From NCBI RefSeq assembly GCF_009914755.1, contig NC_060935.1: DNA of 64,000 bases. One strand, given 5' to 3'. Of the stretch, positions 41,653-57,505 are shown piece after piece (the first letter of the stretch is position 1; the number at the start of each line of letters is the position of its first letter). Source of the stretch: the human T2T-CHM13v2.0 reference genome, Homo sapiens. The notes beneath the pieces were generated by a model. That model did no database searches, had not been told where the DNA came from, and saw only the letters and a program-made list of their open reading frames with translations. A program made the translations under genes and the position numbers.

Positions 41653-43824
41653 TCAATGAATGGCATAGCCTATGGTCCAAATGCAAATCCAGAGAGCCAT
41701 CCTCTATCTCCACACCAGACCACCATGTTCCACATCGAATTAGACTGTGAGGGGTACCTTAGTTTGGCTCAAGATCCCAAAATGTTGACCCATATGCCAG
41801 GTTCACCTTGCAGACATATTTATTTGCCCCGCAGTATATTTTTTAAATATCTGAACCAGTTGTCAATATTTTAAAATTAGAAATTTTATATACAAATCTA
41901 GATGTCTAGGTTTTCTTGAGCAGGGATGGAGCACGGAGGATAAAGGTTGATTTGACACCATCAAGGCACCATTTGTATTAACAACAGTGGCTGGGGTTGG
42001 GTTACAATGCCCCGTGCTGACCTGCCCACTCCACTGTTCAGCATCCTACACCAAGTTCCCCACTCCAGTGGGAAACATCACAAGCTATGTATGTTCACGT
42101 GCCCGCTGCAGGTTTTTTCTTCTCATCGTGAAATACAAAAAATTGTTTCTCTTGTATGATGCCTCCATCAAAAGTAGTAAAAAAGAGAAAGACTGGGAGA
42201 ACCAATTATTTCTTACCCCTAGCCAGCTTTACTCATACTACCTGCCTGGCCTCTTCCTATGTATATTTGAATTTGTGACTTTGGATAAACGCTACATACT
42301 GTTTTGTAGATATTCCCAAGCCTGTCTAAATTCTAGGGACCCCAACATATATGCATGGATCTAAGCATATTTGTAGCTATGTATGAATTAGCTGGGTTTG
42401 TTTGAATTTTAAGACAATCAACTCCACATACTCTGACAACAAAGTAATTGATTGTTGAAGGTGAGATTTCAGTAAGAGTCCAGATTGGATTTTCCTTAAC
42501 CATAGATAAAATACTGCATTACTGGGCTATTTATTGAACTTATTGAAGAGTCTATTAAGAGGGCGATCTGTCCTGGAAGTAAACAACTTAAATTATAGCA
42601 CGTTTTATTTTTGAATGAGTTGACAGTGACAATTATGGAAGTACCCTGAAGCTGTGGGGTCATTTCTGTGCTTTTTCTCTTCTCCTTTGGCTGAATGAAA
42701 TTGGTAAAAAATCAAAAGATTCAGAAATTGAGTTTTATGGATGTTGAATAGAATGAACATTATATTTCTTTTGGGATACCGTTGGTTGCATAGCTAGCGG
42801 GACACAGGAGAAATAGTTGTTCAGACTGGGGCTCTTATCTGAATGAACTGTGCTACTTGTTCTTGTGGTCATATTGTGACTATAGTTAATAAGGGCTGTG
42901 AAGACACTGAAATGGACAAGGTGTCTCACGTGGTTGTTACTTTGCACTCTATACTTGGGTCTAGGGAATGCCATCAGTGACAATAGAAATAATGGGCTAA
43001 CAGGCCTCTTGTCCTCCCTTCTGTGGACTTTTGATTCCTTGTAGGCTCCTGATGTGTTGATACATGGGCTGAGTTAGAAGCACTGGATGCTGGGTTGAGA
43101 GGTAGGGATGTCTTTTTATATGATGATGTTGATGTTGGGAATTATGGTGATAATAATAGTAATAATGGTTATCATTTGCAGAGTTTCTTCTGCACGTGAT
43201 AAATTTTTTGCAAATAATCTCTTTTAATTCTTGCAATAACCCAGTGAGATATATGCTCTTTTAATTCACATTTTGAAGAACTTGAAGCTGAGGCTCAGGG
43301 GGATGCAGTGACTTGTCCAATGTCACACTGATACTTGGATGCAGGTTTGTCAGAAGCTGATGTTGTTGCTATTAGCCATTGGGTTCTTCTATCTCTCTTT
43401 AAAACATAAGATTATGCCTTCGGAGAGGAACAGAGATTTGAAATTGATTTAGTAGCAAGTAGTGTTCTATTCAGTTAAAAAAAAGAAATGTTACTAGTTT
43501 TCTGTAGGTTCAGTTTCAGTTTAGCCTCCAGGTTCAAATTTGAGGTAAAAACAGGTTTCAGAGGCTTTCTGCATTCCTATCAGATAAGGGCAAAGAACCT
43601 GTGTCTACTTGAAAAGGTTAACCTCATCCTGAAAAAAAAAAAAAAAAAAAAGGGAGTGTAGTTTTCTCATCAGATCTTTTAATCAGATAGAATGGAATTT
43701 GGGCAACTTATAGAACTTTCTGGATAAGGAAGAATTTAGCTAATGTCCATCATTCATGTATTCTCAGTGATTTCCTGAAGATTTTCCTTTCTTTACAACT
43801 TTTCAAAAAGAAAAATGTAGAATT

Positions 43825-44153
<329 letters not shown>

Positions 44154-44537
44154 TTATGAGACATTCATTATGGAAATAGTGCATTTATTGTATTGTTTAT
44201 TTTAAAACTATTTCTGCATTTCTATTCTATAAAGGACTTTGCAGAAATAAAGTGATATATTAATTTAATGTTTTCAAGTTGCAAGGTCTTTTGTATTTTT
44301 CTGGCTAAAACCTACAGAGGTTATAGTAGTCATGAAAAATTTGATTACTGAACTTATTAATCTTCCCCTTACACAACACTTCCTTTTCCAAAGAATTTCA
44401 GAAATGTATTGCCAGATACATTAATGAGTGTCTACATGTGCGTTAATACATGTAAACTTAATTTTGAATCCAGTTTATTTACTACTTAAGTACAAGCTTA
44501 GAAAGTGCAAAATGTTGCCAAGCAAATGTGGATATAT

Positions 44538-44673
44538 TTCATTATTTCATTCAATTAAAATGTTTTTTGTACCTACAATATAGGAGGAATTTACTAGACA
44601 CCAGTTATTCATTATTTCATTCAATTAAAATGTCTTCTGCACCCAAAATATAGGAGGAATTTACTAGACACCA
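44538..44673. repeat. Tandem duplication, period 70 bp
   Basis: TTCATTATTTCATTCAATTAAAATGT...TAGGAGGAATTTACTAGACACCA twice. Confidence 0.95.
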
Positions 44674-47131
44674 AAGGCTTGCCAAGACAATTATAGAGCC
44701 TAGGAGTCACCAGACATAAATTAAAATTACTTATATTTTTCTTTCTGTAGTCAAACTCTGACCTTGCTTGCACAAGAGAAGTACAGACGATATGGCTCTA
44801 AACTGGATTTTCAAGCTCCAATGTTCATTATTTACAATCCAAAGAGAGCTGAAAGGAACTAAAATATTTTTAAGGTGTGAGCTTACCTTCCCTATAAGAC
44901 CAGGCCAGGTCCTACTGGCTAAAATTTTGGGCATAAAGGCATGGTTTAGTCATTTTAAAATTCAGTATAAAAATACACGTATAAAGGTTTCTGAGTAGAA
45001 GGTGTTGGAGGCATGAGAAGGGAAGAGAGAAGAGGAATCTCTAGAAGATTCTGAGCCTCAAGAACAGATTTGATTCTTTTCTTCTAGCTTCTCCCCTTGT
45101 GCCTGCTGCCCTTTTCTTTTTCAGTTGAGAGGAGTCGACACTTGAAGTCTTTCTGGCTCCGTGCCCGCTTTGTCTGCCTTCCTCCTTCTGGAATGCACAT
45201 GCCCTGAGCTGAGGGAGTAAAGTTTCTCTTAAAAGAAGCAGCTGCCTCAGAGAGCACCCATGCTGTTTTCTAGACCCCCTTTTATCCAGTCAAATATATC
45301 ACCTTCTGTAACTTCTTCACCCAAACATCACTTCACATGTATGGAGGGCTATTTTTTTTCCTGCAACCATTATCCCTGAATATAGTAAATATTTATGCAT
45401 AACCATATTTTGCTTTGAGAGTTTCAGATGCATTTCTGGGCATCTGCATTTATATTTCAGGTGTTTTTCTCTGTGACATTCTTGTGATTGCATCTGAAAG
45501 AGCACACTTCATTTAGTACAATTCTTCCATCTAATTTGATGTGATTTGTCTGCACGGTTCTGCTTCCTGATTTTATACTGCTTTCCACGTACTGGATCTT
45601 CACAAAGTGTCAACCACAAGTTCAAATCTATTTCCCTGGTCTCCCACAGGGTATCATGCACTGGGGGTATTGAATAAATGTCATAGGCTCCTAAATTTGA
45701 GAGTTTATTATCCAGAGGCTGGGGAGCAGCCCTTTTCTATCTCTGAACAGGATAGAAGAGGAAACTGGCTTGAATGGCAGGGGAAGATTTAGGTTAGATA
45801 GAAGGAACAGCTTAAACTTTGTAAGGTCTTAAACAGAAGGAGATTGTGCAATCTTCCTTGAAGGTCTTTGAAGAAGAGAGAAACTAATCTTGACAGATAG
45901 CTTCAGCTACTCCACTCAGGAGTGGGAAAGGAGAGGCAAGTATTGACATTCAGCTTGGCAAGTCAGCTCAATGACTGTACCTCCAGTCACGGAATCTTAG
46001 TCCATGCTTGGATAGTAAAATCATTCTCCCTGTACAAAAATAGCTATCATTTATTGAGTACAAAGCACTTTACAGCCATCTCATCTAAATCGTACAATAA
46101 TCCTTCAAGTAGATATTATTATCCCTATTTCGAAAATGAGGAAATTAAGACATAGTGGGTTAAATAACTTGGTCAAAATCATGTAACTGATATATGGTAG
46201 AACTAAGATCAAAACCCAGATCTCCTCTGAACCCAGAGACTATGCTGCTAGTAATTACTTGCTATGGAATCCTTTAGAGAGGGATCAAATATCAGTGAGG
46301 ATGCCAGTGGGCAGCCTTGGATCTGTGGAGAATATTTGGCATTAATATTTGCAGCGTTAGAAATGGGAAAAACAACTTATGGCAACTCACCCAAATTCAC
46401 CAACTTACTAGACTTGAGTTGCAGTTTTCTACACAGTAGACATTCACCACATGCTTGTTTGCTGAGTCTCAAAACCTAACCAGGTGATTTTAGGATATGG
46501 AGGATAACCAAGTGCAAATCTTTGCTAAACCTTATTGAAAGGTATCAGGACCCAAGACCTATAATTATCAATGGGCAAACATCACTTTCCAGGTATTTTG
46601 CAATGATTTTTAAAATGTAGGATCCAGTGAGTTTATTGTTGCTCTTTTTCAGAGGGAGATTAAACAGCATCTAGTTTGTGGCTTTTAGAGGATTCTTGGA
46701 TCTATTGGATGAATTAACTATTGGATGAATTAATGTAGTGATTTTTGGTCCTATTATCTTTGGAAATATTTTCTCTTACTGTAGGAATTAAATCAGAATC
46801 AGATAAAGTTGACTAAATGAATTCCATTTATTAACTGTTATTTCTGATCCTTCTCTGTTTTGTTATGTATGTTTCTATTCATCTATTTATTTAGGGGCAA
46901 GTTAAATTATCTAAGAGCACTGTAGAGGTTTAATTGCATAGAGAATAGTTGAATAAATGAAATGGAATAAAAGATTAAACATATGATAAAGATTTGAGTG
47001 GTTTGATTAGTCAAACCAAATAAACCCCCACCCAAATAAATAAAAAAATCACCAATTAAATACTTTAAAAACTCTGTGCTAAAAAGAGAATACGCTAATA
47101 ATTATTTTCTTGCCTTAAAAAATATTGACAG

Positions 47132-47257
47132 TGGCCGTGGAAGGGATTTGGAGCATTAAAAAGAATCTGCCTGTGGGAGGCTTGAAGCCAGGACTGCCGA
47201 GCAGAAACAGTTTATTGCCACAAGCCAAGTACTACTCCAGGCACGGAGGACTCAGAA
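47132..47257 (+). CDS. C11orf97: C11orf97 exon 3 (126 nt; VAVEGIWSIKKNLPVGGLKPGLPSRNSLLPQAKYYSRHGGLR)
   Basis: ttgacag|TG acceptor, GAA|gtaaga donor; phase 1-1. Confidence 0.9.
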
Positions 47258-50231
47258 GTAAGACCCTGATGCCCTTGACTTCCACTGAAGCCCCTGAGGG
47301 GACTTTACAGTTTACAAACCAGTGGTATATGCTCTGTTTAAAGATCTCAATCAAAACTCAACCTTCCTTTGACTTGTTTCTCTTGGGTTGCTTTTAGTTT
47401 GGCCATATTATGTGATTATGGAACTCAAACCGTAACAATTCACCTAACCAATTTACCCCCATGGATACAACAGAAGTTCATCCTCTGAGTTACACTCATG
47501 ACTTTTTTCTTTACTTTCTATCTACACAAGACTTTCTAGCACACAGTCAGCCTCTGTGAAGAGGAATCCTGTACTGTCTTTTCTTCTCGATAGAGGATCT
47601 TTGTTTCCCAGTGGAAATGAGGAAAGGGAAATGAGGGAATGAAGGAAGAACATGGCAGCCACTTTGCTTGGCTCTCTTAGTTTCACCCTATTCCAGGAAT
47701 GAGGCCACCAGACTGGGCCCAGGATACCATTGTTCCTTAGCAGACATAAACTTTGGAACAAAATATTACTCATTCCTCACTGTCATAGCCAGTGTCTGCC
47801 AGGAACATTTGTAGCAGGATGTGGGGAAGACAGAGGTCTTCATATGGAAGCACAGTGTCCAGATAATCTAGGGACATGCAGCTGTGTATATAAGTCCTCA
47901 AAATAGACCTACAATTGGGAGATTACCCTGGGTAAAAAGGGAGAAGTAGATAAAATTCAAGCTTGCGTACTCAACCAAGATATGAATCATAATAGCAATG
48001 CTATATAGCATTGCTTATTCTAGATTCTTAATATATACAATAATAGGCTGGGCACAGTGGCTCACACCTGTAATCCCAGTACTTTAGGAGGCCAAGGTAG
48101 GCAGAAACTCAGGCACAGAGAGGTGAAATAATTTACCCCGGTTCGCTCAGCTAACAAGTAGAAGAGTAGAAATGCTGGGATTTGAACCACAGCAGCCTGT
48201 CTCCAAAGTCCATGCTTTCAACCACTAGACACTACTGCATCTCTGAGCCAAGTGCCCACGAGCTAGGATGTCTATTGGACCTGAAGTGAGATGAGAGTTC
48301 AATAAAAGTGTCACATAGGAGTAGGGTCCCCAGGGGGCCAGGGATGCAGCCTCTGGGATATGGACTCAGTAAGGGAAAAAATACAGCCACTAAGAAACTG
48401 AAACAAGAGGTTAAAAAAACAAACACAAAACTTGTTACTAAAGGGGATTCATGTAGCAAACAGGAGCCAGTTAGGAAGACTTCAGTTTAATGATAATAAA
48501 GTAGTAGTAGCCACCATTTATAAGGAGCCAGGCATGGCAGCAAGTGTTTTATACAGTTATGTAATCCACATGATCATATGAGTTGAGGATTATAATCTCC
48601 ATTTTCTGGGTAAGAAAACTGAGGCATAGAGACACTTTACTACCTACAATCCCATGTCTAGCAGGTAGTGGAGCCAGAACTACAAACCCATGTCCATCTG
48701 GCTTCCAAGACTATGCCCTCAGTTCCAAGAATATGGCCCAACACTACTGGGCCATCATGGCAGAGAATCTAGTCACTGTGCAACAAGCAACAGTTGTTGT
48801 GTTGCGGTTAAATAGGTACAAATGCCAGGGATATGGAAACACAGGGTTTTAGGAATCTGGGAGGCAGCTACCTTCATAATTCACAAAGATATTAGTGTCC
48901 TGAATTAATGGTTGATTCAACCAAAGTCTGGGCCACTTGCCTATTGGAAGCTATTTATCTCAACTTTCCACTCAATTTCTTAGGTTCCACTTATTGTAGG
49001 TAATTCCATCATTCCAAGAAAACTCACTAAGTAATTTGTTTTAAAGATGAATGGTTTTCTGCGTGCATATTATGAGACTGATTGAATAACAAATTTCCTT
49101 TATTTAAAGACATACAAGTCCAATAAATTATCCAATTTATTGATTGGGGACATATGATAAAAAATGCATGTTTCATTTTGATCATAATTGCATTCCTTTC
49201 ATCCATACAATTTAAGAGACATTTCATGGCTCCCGCTCATTTGTACTCATCCACACTACATTCCTAGTAGCCCTCGGCCCTCCATTTATTTCCAGCTGGT
49301 GCCAAGCCCTTACAGTGGTCATGTTACAATATGTAACTGTTATTGACACATAGCTTAGCTTCATCTCTTTAGGTTGCCAGCTGCATTTTTGTCATATCAT
49401 ATGAGCTGCTACTATCTGCTGTACAATCACAATTGATCAATCTATATGTCAGACTGGTAACCAAGAATTAAACCTTTCTCATTATCAATGAAAAAGGAAG
49501 ATGCTAGGCACAGAAATATCATAGAAGAACAAAATCCATAGATAATTTTCAAAAATTGTCAGTAGTAATTAATACACTATCACAAACTCCATGGAGGCAG
49601 AGACTGTGTTTTACTCACCACTGTGTATCTGGCACTTAGCACAGTGCCTGGCACAGTAGGTGCTCAATTGCTATTAGTCATGAGAATGACCAATGAATGA
49701 ATGAACCAGTAAGTATATGTTAAATGCCTCTTTATGTTTAGAATCTTCTTGCTGCTAACTCACATACATCCCCTGCTCCCTCAAAAGTATATCGTTTTCT
49801 CTACTTGAGACCACTAAACCAAATGCAAACAATAGAGGGAAAAGCAATGCAACCTACTTTCTTCACTGTGTGAATCTTGAAACGTTGCATATATTTTAAA
49901 TACATCTTGGAACTAACACTTTCAAAGAGAGGTCTTCTGTGGCTTACAATGAGTTTTCCAGGAACTTCTCCCATAAAATATGCTTCAGTTAGATACTTCA
50001 GTCAAATCCCACTGTCAATTTAAACAATTCGCTTGTGCTTTTCTTCTCTCTTTCTCATGAACAATGTGATCATGCTAGTTGGGACTCTTCCAACATATAA
50101 TACACATCATTTAAAGTTTAAATTTAGAATTATGATCATCCAACTGTAGTTCTAAAGCATGTTTCCATTAGAGACTGTGAAGCATCTACTGCTTTCATCA
50201 CACTAAGAGGTTTTATTCATTTACTTTTATC

Positions 50232-50510
50232 AATCCCAGCACTCTGGGAGGCCAAGGCGGGCAGATCACTTGAGGCCAGGAGTTCAAGACCAGCCTGGTC
50301 AACATGGCGAAACCCCGTCTCTACTAAAAATACAAAAATTAGCAGGCGGGGTGACGCACGCTTCTAGTCCCAGCTACTCAGGAGGCTGAAGAACCAGAAT
50401 CGCTTGAACCTGGGTGGCAGGGGTTGCAGCGACCCAAGATTGGGCCACTTCACTCCAGCCTGGGTGACAGAGCAAGACTGTGTTTCAAACAAACAAACAA
50501 ACAAACAAAC
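50232..50510 (+). mobile_element. Alu, 5'-truncated, (AAAC)n tail
   Basis: Starts at AATCCCAGCACT. Confidence 0.92.
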
Positions 50511-50604
50511 GGTAATGGTTGATGACAAAAAACCTTTTATCGTTTCCTTCTTATTCTGTGCCACAAAACAAGCCAAAAAAAAAAAAAAAAAAAGCATTGT
50601 CTAG

Positions 50605-50770
50605 TCTGGTGCTAAGCTTGAATGTGCCTACAATTCACATGGTATCTCAATAAAATTCAGACTCTGATACCATAGGTCTGGGGTGGGGTCTGAGATTCTG
50701 TATTTCCATCCAGCTCCCAGGTGATGCTGATGCTGCTTGTCCGGAAACTATGCTTCAGTCGTGAGGGTTT
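50605..50770. mobile_element. MER5A-like fragment
   Basis: GGTCTGGGGTGGGGTCTGAGATTCTGTATTT...CCCAGGTGATGCTGATGCTGCT. Confidence 0.7.
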
Positions 50771-50940
50771 GGAAGACTAAGTAGTGGCTTTTCTGGTTAC
50801 TGGGATGACATGGGTGTGGCTCTTACATTCTGCTCAATCAAATGGGAACATTAAGTCAAATTTAGATTAAAATGGGTGAGATTAAAGAGCATCTCCCCGA
50901 AGTAAAACACTTATTTTTTCACTTTTTTTTTTAACTCTAG

Positions 50941-50945
50941 GATAA
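50941..50945 (+). CDS. C11orf97: C11orf97 last coding nucleotides in exon 4 (completes Arg126, then TAA)
   Basis: T-rich acceptor ttaactctag|GATAA; total CDS 145+105+126+5 = 381 nt = 126 aa + stop. Confidence 0.85.
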
Positions 50946-51148
50946 GATGAATTAGATTTTCCATTAAGAAGGAACCTCTTTCTGCTGATGTCTGAAGAAC
51001 GGAGAAGAAACTCAAGCTTGTTTCAGGATTTAAGATGTGTGCAAAAAAATGATAGCCTGTAATTACTATTATTGGTATTAATACCTATCTATAAATTAAT
51101 CCAAAGTAATGAAAGACTATTGGTAATGTTCAGTAAGTACCTGAAAAC

Positions 51149-51154
51149 AATAAA
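51149..51154 (+). terminator. C11orf97: C11orf97 polyadenylation signal AATAAA
   Basis: AATAAA ~200 nt after the stop with U-rich downstream sequence. Confidence 0.7.
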
Positions 51155-51502
51155 GGAAAATATACTTATTTTTAGTTGTCACAGTTATAATTCATTTGGC
51201 TTCTAATTCAGGTTATTTTATTAAATATGTGAAACAATGATGAAGCAAAGGCACGTTTACCGAGTATTTACTTCAAGGCAAACATTATAAACCTTAACCC
51301 TTTACTACAGCATAATGTGTTAGCCCATTTTTAAAAAACAGAACTAAATCCAGATACAGATAATGGTGAGTAAATGAATGACAGAAGAAAAGTCTTTGAC
51401 TCAGAGACAAACATTTTTATGGTAACCTTGGTAGAGCTAATCATTTCTCTAGAACTTGTTCACTAAATAGTAAGGAGCCAGGAAATTTATGGTAAGACCT
51501 TA

Positions 51503-52010
<508 letters not shown>

Positions 52011-53491
52011 TTAAATAATTACATAAATTCTTAATATATTTGTTCTGAACTTATTTATTTATTACTCTATTTTTTTAATATTTGGGTTTTTCATATTTTT
52101 CATTTTATACATAACTGCTGTGATTTGTTTACACTCCCAGCCCCTACCCCTTACAAAGTTATTTTTTTCTAGTATTCTGGTTATACACTTTTCATTCTCC
52201 TTCCTCTCTAGACTCAGCTCATAAAACTTACTTCAGTTCCCTGTTCCCAAGTTCATAATTGTTTCTAATGTAACAAATCTAGTCAACAGATTTTTTGACT
52301 GAGTATGTCCCTTCCCTACTTAAAAATATTTGCACTATGAAACAGTCAATAATCTTGAGTCAAGATCCAAACCTTTCCAGATTTAATATAAAATTTTCCA
52401 TTTAGCTACTGCCTGCTAGATGAGATCCTACATGTAAGCCAATTCTAGCCACCACCTTGTTTATGGAACTTTTTCATCACTGGCTACTTCAAAACAGTGT
52501 TACAGGGCAATGCCTAAAACTGAGGGATTACATCTGAAATTGGTTAAGAAATATAACACCCAAAACTGCCTAGTTAGGGCAAAGCATTTACTATTTGTAG
52601 AAATCTAAAATCTTAAGCTTCTAAAAATTCTTACACCCAACCTCATCGCATGTATGTTAGGATGTCACACAGAAAGTGCAATGGGTGGGAGACTTTTGTT
52701 AATCCATTGGAAATTATATCCTGTTCTTACTTGAGTTCCCAGTATGACTTTATAAACGTGCTCAGGGATTTCCTTTCTCACTTCCACTATATTCCTGCCA
52801 ATAAACAAGCTCCTTGTCATTTATTTTCAGATTTGCTGCCTGGGCTGGGTGCTCTGAATTGGTCTCTCCTTTTCTGACCATCCTCTACTACTAAGAGTTG
52901 TTCTCATGGCACTGTTTCTGTGTTAAAGTTTCATTCTTATTCCACTCTGGGGACCTGGTTCCTTTTGTAGTTGAATTCTGTTCTTCATTGCCCCATTGCG
53001 TATTTTCCCAACTAGATTCATGTACAGGCATTATTTATAATAGTGAATAACTGACGCCACCTAAAATGCCCGATAGGAGATGATTTTTTAAAGTTACTAT
53101 ATAATATGATGCAACTGTTTTGTTTTGCTTTTTAACTCTATAAGTATTTTTCTTAATAAAGCAGGATTACAAGGAGGTTTCTTTAAAATTATAAAAATAT
53201 ACAGCAATCTTAAGCCAACAGTCATTTTCATACTTAATGATGTAATACCCTAGAAACACTCCTACTATTATCTGGAATAAAACAAAAATGCTGTTTTTTC
53301 CAAACATGTTTGCAACTTGCTCACTTTCCCTTTTCATTTTATCTGCCTCCTGGCTCCAGGGTCCTTGAGTTTCAGGGCCCTTAGTTTCTATTTCTGTCTC
53401 AGTTTCTGCTTCTGTCTTAGGGTCCTCAGTTTCTGTTTCCTCAGAGTTTCCTCAATTCATGCCAGAAATAGTCACTGCAGATACTGGATAA

Positions 53492-53812
<321 letters not shown>

Positions 53813-53961
53813 TAATTAATTTGGCCAAATAGTCATGGCAAAAGCATCTTTGAAGTACACAGATTAAAAGTAGAAAATAAAAAACCAAATTGATTGGGAA
53901 AACTATTTTCTTACAGCTGCATCTGTTGGGACAGATTTTTTTTTTTTAGACAACTTTTTAA

Positions 53962-54258
<297 letters not shown>

Positions 54259-54849
54259 TTAAATCTTATTTTTAAAGAGCTCTATCCCATGGTTTATCTT
54301 ATTAACACATCCTTTATCTTACAACTGAAATATTTATAGAGATAGAAATTATAAAATGAAGAGGTTTTTGGTTTTAATAAAAGTGGTATCATATTATATA
54401 CATTTTGTGGCCCTCATTTTTTTCACTTAGCCATACATTATGATCATTTTCCTATGTAAAATATTTGACTAAATTATGATTTTATAGGTTATATGTCATG
54501 ATATGGCTGTACCAAAATTTACTTAACCTCGGCCTTATTGATGAGCATTCATTCTGTATCCAATTTTTCTACACTTGGCATTTTAAGGAGTTTTTCCACC
54601 TCCTCCCATACAACACATACAAAACCCCTTATGTGTTCTTCATAGCCTAGATTACTCTCTCCCTAATCCTAATCCTGACAGAAATCTGCAAGTTTACACT
54701 CTGGAAGGAAGAAATCAGTAGGACTTGGGATGAAAATAGGGTGATCAATTTTGTAGTCAACATGGTCCATTTCAAGAACTACGCCTCCTTAGTTTCCAGA
54801 ATGTTTCAGCTCCTATCAAAACACATACACACCGGGACGGGGGATTGGA

Positions 54850-55100
54850 GGTTAACATAGATGAACCTGGAGAACATTACGCTGAATGTAATAAGTCAGT
54901 TCCAGAAGGACAAATACTACACGATTCCACTTATACGTGGAATCTACAGCAGTCAAACACATGGAAGAAAAGAGCAGTTGCCAGGGGCGGGGGTGGGGGA
55001 CTGCTGGGGAGAATGGGGGAATTGCTAGTCAAAAAGCATAAATTTCAGTTGTGCAATGTGAATAAGTTATAGAGATCTGCTGAACATTGTGTCTAGAGAG
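54850..55100 (+). mobile_element. L1MA/MB-type 3'UTR fragment
   Basis: GATGAACCTGGAGAACATTACGCTGAATG...ATTCCACTTATACGTGGAATCT. Confidence 0.7.
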
Positions 55101-57505
55101 CAGGGCTTGTGATGGCTGGTTTTCTCTATATGTGCTGTTCGTAACCAAAAAAATCCTAATTAATACAGCTACCTTTAGTTTTATCTGGCTTAATTACAGT
55201 TCTTGCTTGTAGCACATGTCTGTGGGCTAAATAGCTTCCTTCTAATTTATAATTCCACATCACATCTCCATAACTAAAGGAGAGAGAGTGGAAAGTATTG
55301 AGTGGAGGGACTCATGTCTACCTCCTTCCCCCAAAGGAAACTTGCTTCCTTTTAACTTGAAATTTTTTTTTGACATTCTGAAAAGCCTTGCCTAACAAAT
55401 GGTACATGGGGATGAGAAAGTTGCAAAGACGAGTGTCTAATTTTTTACTCTGACAATGACACTTGATCAATACAGAAGTCATAAAGGATGAATTGATAAG
55501 GCAATCAAGGAAATAGGGTTTCAAAAGGCATCTGGTCAGGGTTACTGAAAGTCTAATACATTCACAACTTCTGACATCAACCTTTGGACTCAGGTTTGGA
55601 ATTGCTTTGAAGCTATAATTAAAATGGGTGGGTTGAGTATGATAGTTGGCATGTCCTACAAGGGCAGATATTTTTTGTTTGTTCAGTTACACATCATATG
55701 CCTGGCACATAATTGGCATTCAATAAATGTTACTGAATGGAAGTTATAGCTTTTGCAGATTTGTAAGCCCAAATAAGATCTGACCCTAATGTACCCCTAA
55801 AAATATCAATATAGAACAATTCTCAGCCCTGTATTGCTTGGAAACACTTTGAAAATAGCACCACAAGCCTCCTAATGATAAAGGAGTCATGCCATATTAT
55901 ATAAAAGTAAATAAAACCTAAAGTGTTTTGTCTTTTTAAGTAACTCAGCAAATACTGGGATCATCATATCAAAATCTCTACTAGCAATCTTCATCAGTAT
56001 TTGTCAAACTGTGAATCGGGAAATGGGAGAGCTTCAAAGGAGCCAAGGAAGCTAAACAGCTATTCAGTGGTGGAAGATGAAGAGTGGGCTTAGTGAATGG
56101 GTGGTCAGAATGCATTTACGTTTTTCATTGAAGCCTTGCCGCTATTTCCCTGCTGCCTTGGATGATCCAGGAAACTAAGTGTTTGAACAGTGAGCTCACT
56201 CAAGAAAGAGGCTATCTTTTCATGCAGTGCCCAATGGTGCTGCCAGAAGAGTTGTTCCTGCAATGCAGTTATGTCTCTCTGTCTCTCTCTCTCCCTCTCC
56301 CCCTCCCTCCCTCCCCCAGCCCAAGACCAAAAGTTTATTGACTTGCACTAAACATTACTAAGATTAAATACAGACCAAACATTTTCTCTGGAGTGGTTAA
56401 AAATAATATTATTATAGCCAGCATTATTAATGTGATTTCACCCTTATACATTGTGCAAGACTTCTGGGCTGTGGTTTATTTGGCCACAGAAAGCATGATC
56501 TGGAACTATAAAATTGGCTGTCCGACTTCAGGAATGTGTTCTTCCTTGTAACATAAGCAACATGCATTTACCCTTTCATTTTCTATACTTGTCAAAAATC
56601 TACTATATGTCCCTAATTTTGTCCACTTCAATTCAACAAGCATTTCTTAATATTGCAAGTGCCCCAGGCCCTTTTAGAGGAAGAATCATAGGAAGGAATG
56701 TGACTGAGCCCAGTTAGAACCACTGTTCTGTGCTAATTGGCTGTTGGTGTGGTCAAAGAAGAATTACCTTACCTGTAGGGAAAAGACATCATTTCTCTAT
56801 TTTCTTCCATGAAGCATGTCCTGGGTCTGTGTAAGAAATGAGGCCAGAAAAGGGGAGGAAGAGGGTACTCAAGATCCCTTCCTCCATCTGGAGAGAGTTG
56901 GTCTACCTCTCTGAGTTAGACTCTGGCTACCTTGAGTTAGGGTGCAGCCATGTAGAAGTACTGAGAGCAGGTACCACAGTAAGCCCAGACCACACATATT
57001 TGATTTTCTGAAACTGTACAGGATTTGTGCTAACTCATTTGAGGATTCAAGTAGACCTGGGATGGTGGCAAGGAACAGTGTTAGTGAATCTGGATTAGAT
57101 CTGGGGAGGACAATGTGATAGTTACCATTTTTACCCTATACTTGGGTACCATAATATTTATCTTAATCATTATTTTATAGTCCAAATTCTTTCATATAAA
57201 TTTTCATAAGTGCAGGAATTAAACTGTTTCATTAGTGCCTCAAGAAATGTAAAATAAATAGTGATGTTCATTCATTCATTAATTTATTTAATAAATATGT
57301 ATTAAATATTTGTCAGGCATGTGCCAGGCATTGCACTGTATGATGTTAACATGTTTATCTCAATGTCAAAATAATTTTATTTTGTGTAAGCCTTGTATGC
57401 TATAATTTTTTCCACATGACTGAAAATAAACTCTATTTTAGGAAAAGGTAGTTTAATGAGAATGTAGAGGTAAACCCTTGAAATATTTAAAATATCATGA
57501 AAATA

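Noticed and set aside
54661-54678. CCCTAATCCTAATCCTGA as an interstitial telomeric repeat
   Set aside because: Only one true CCCTAA unit; compatible with chance
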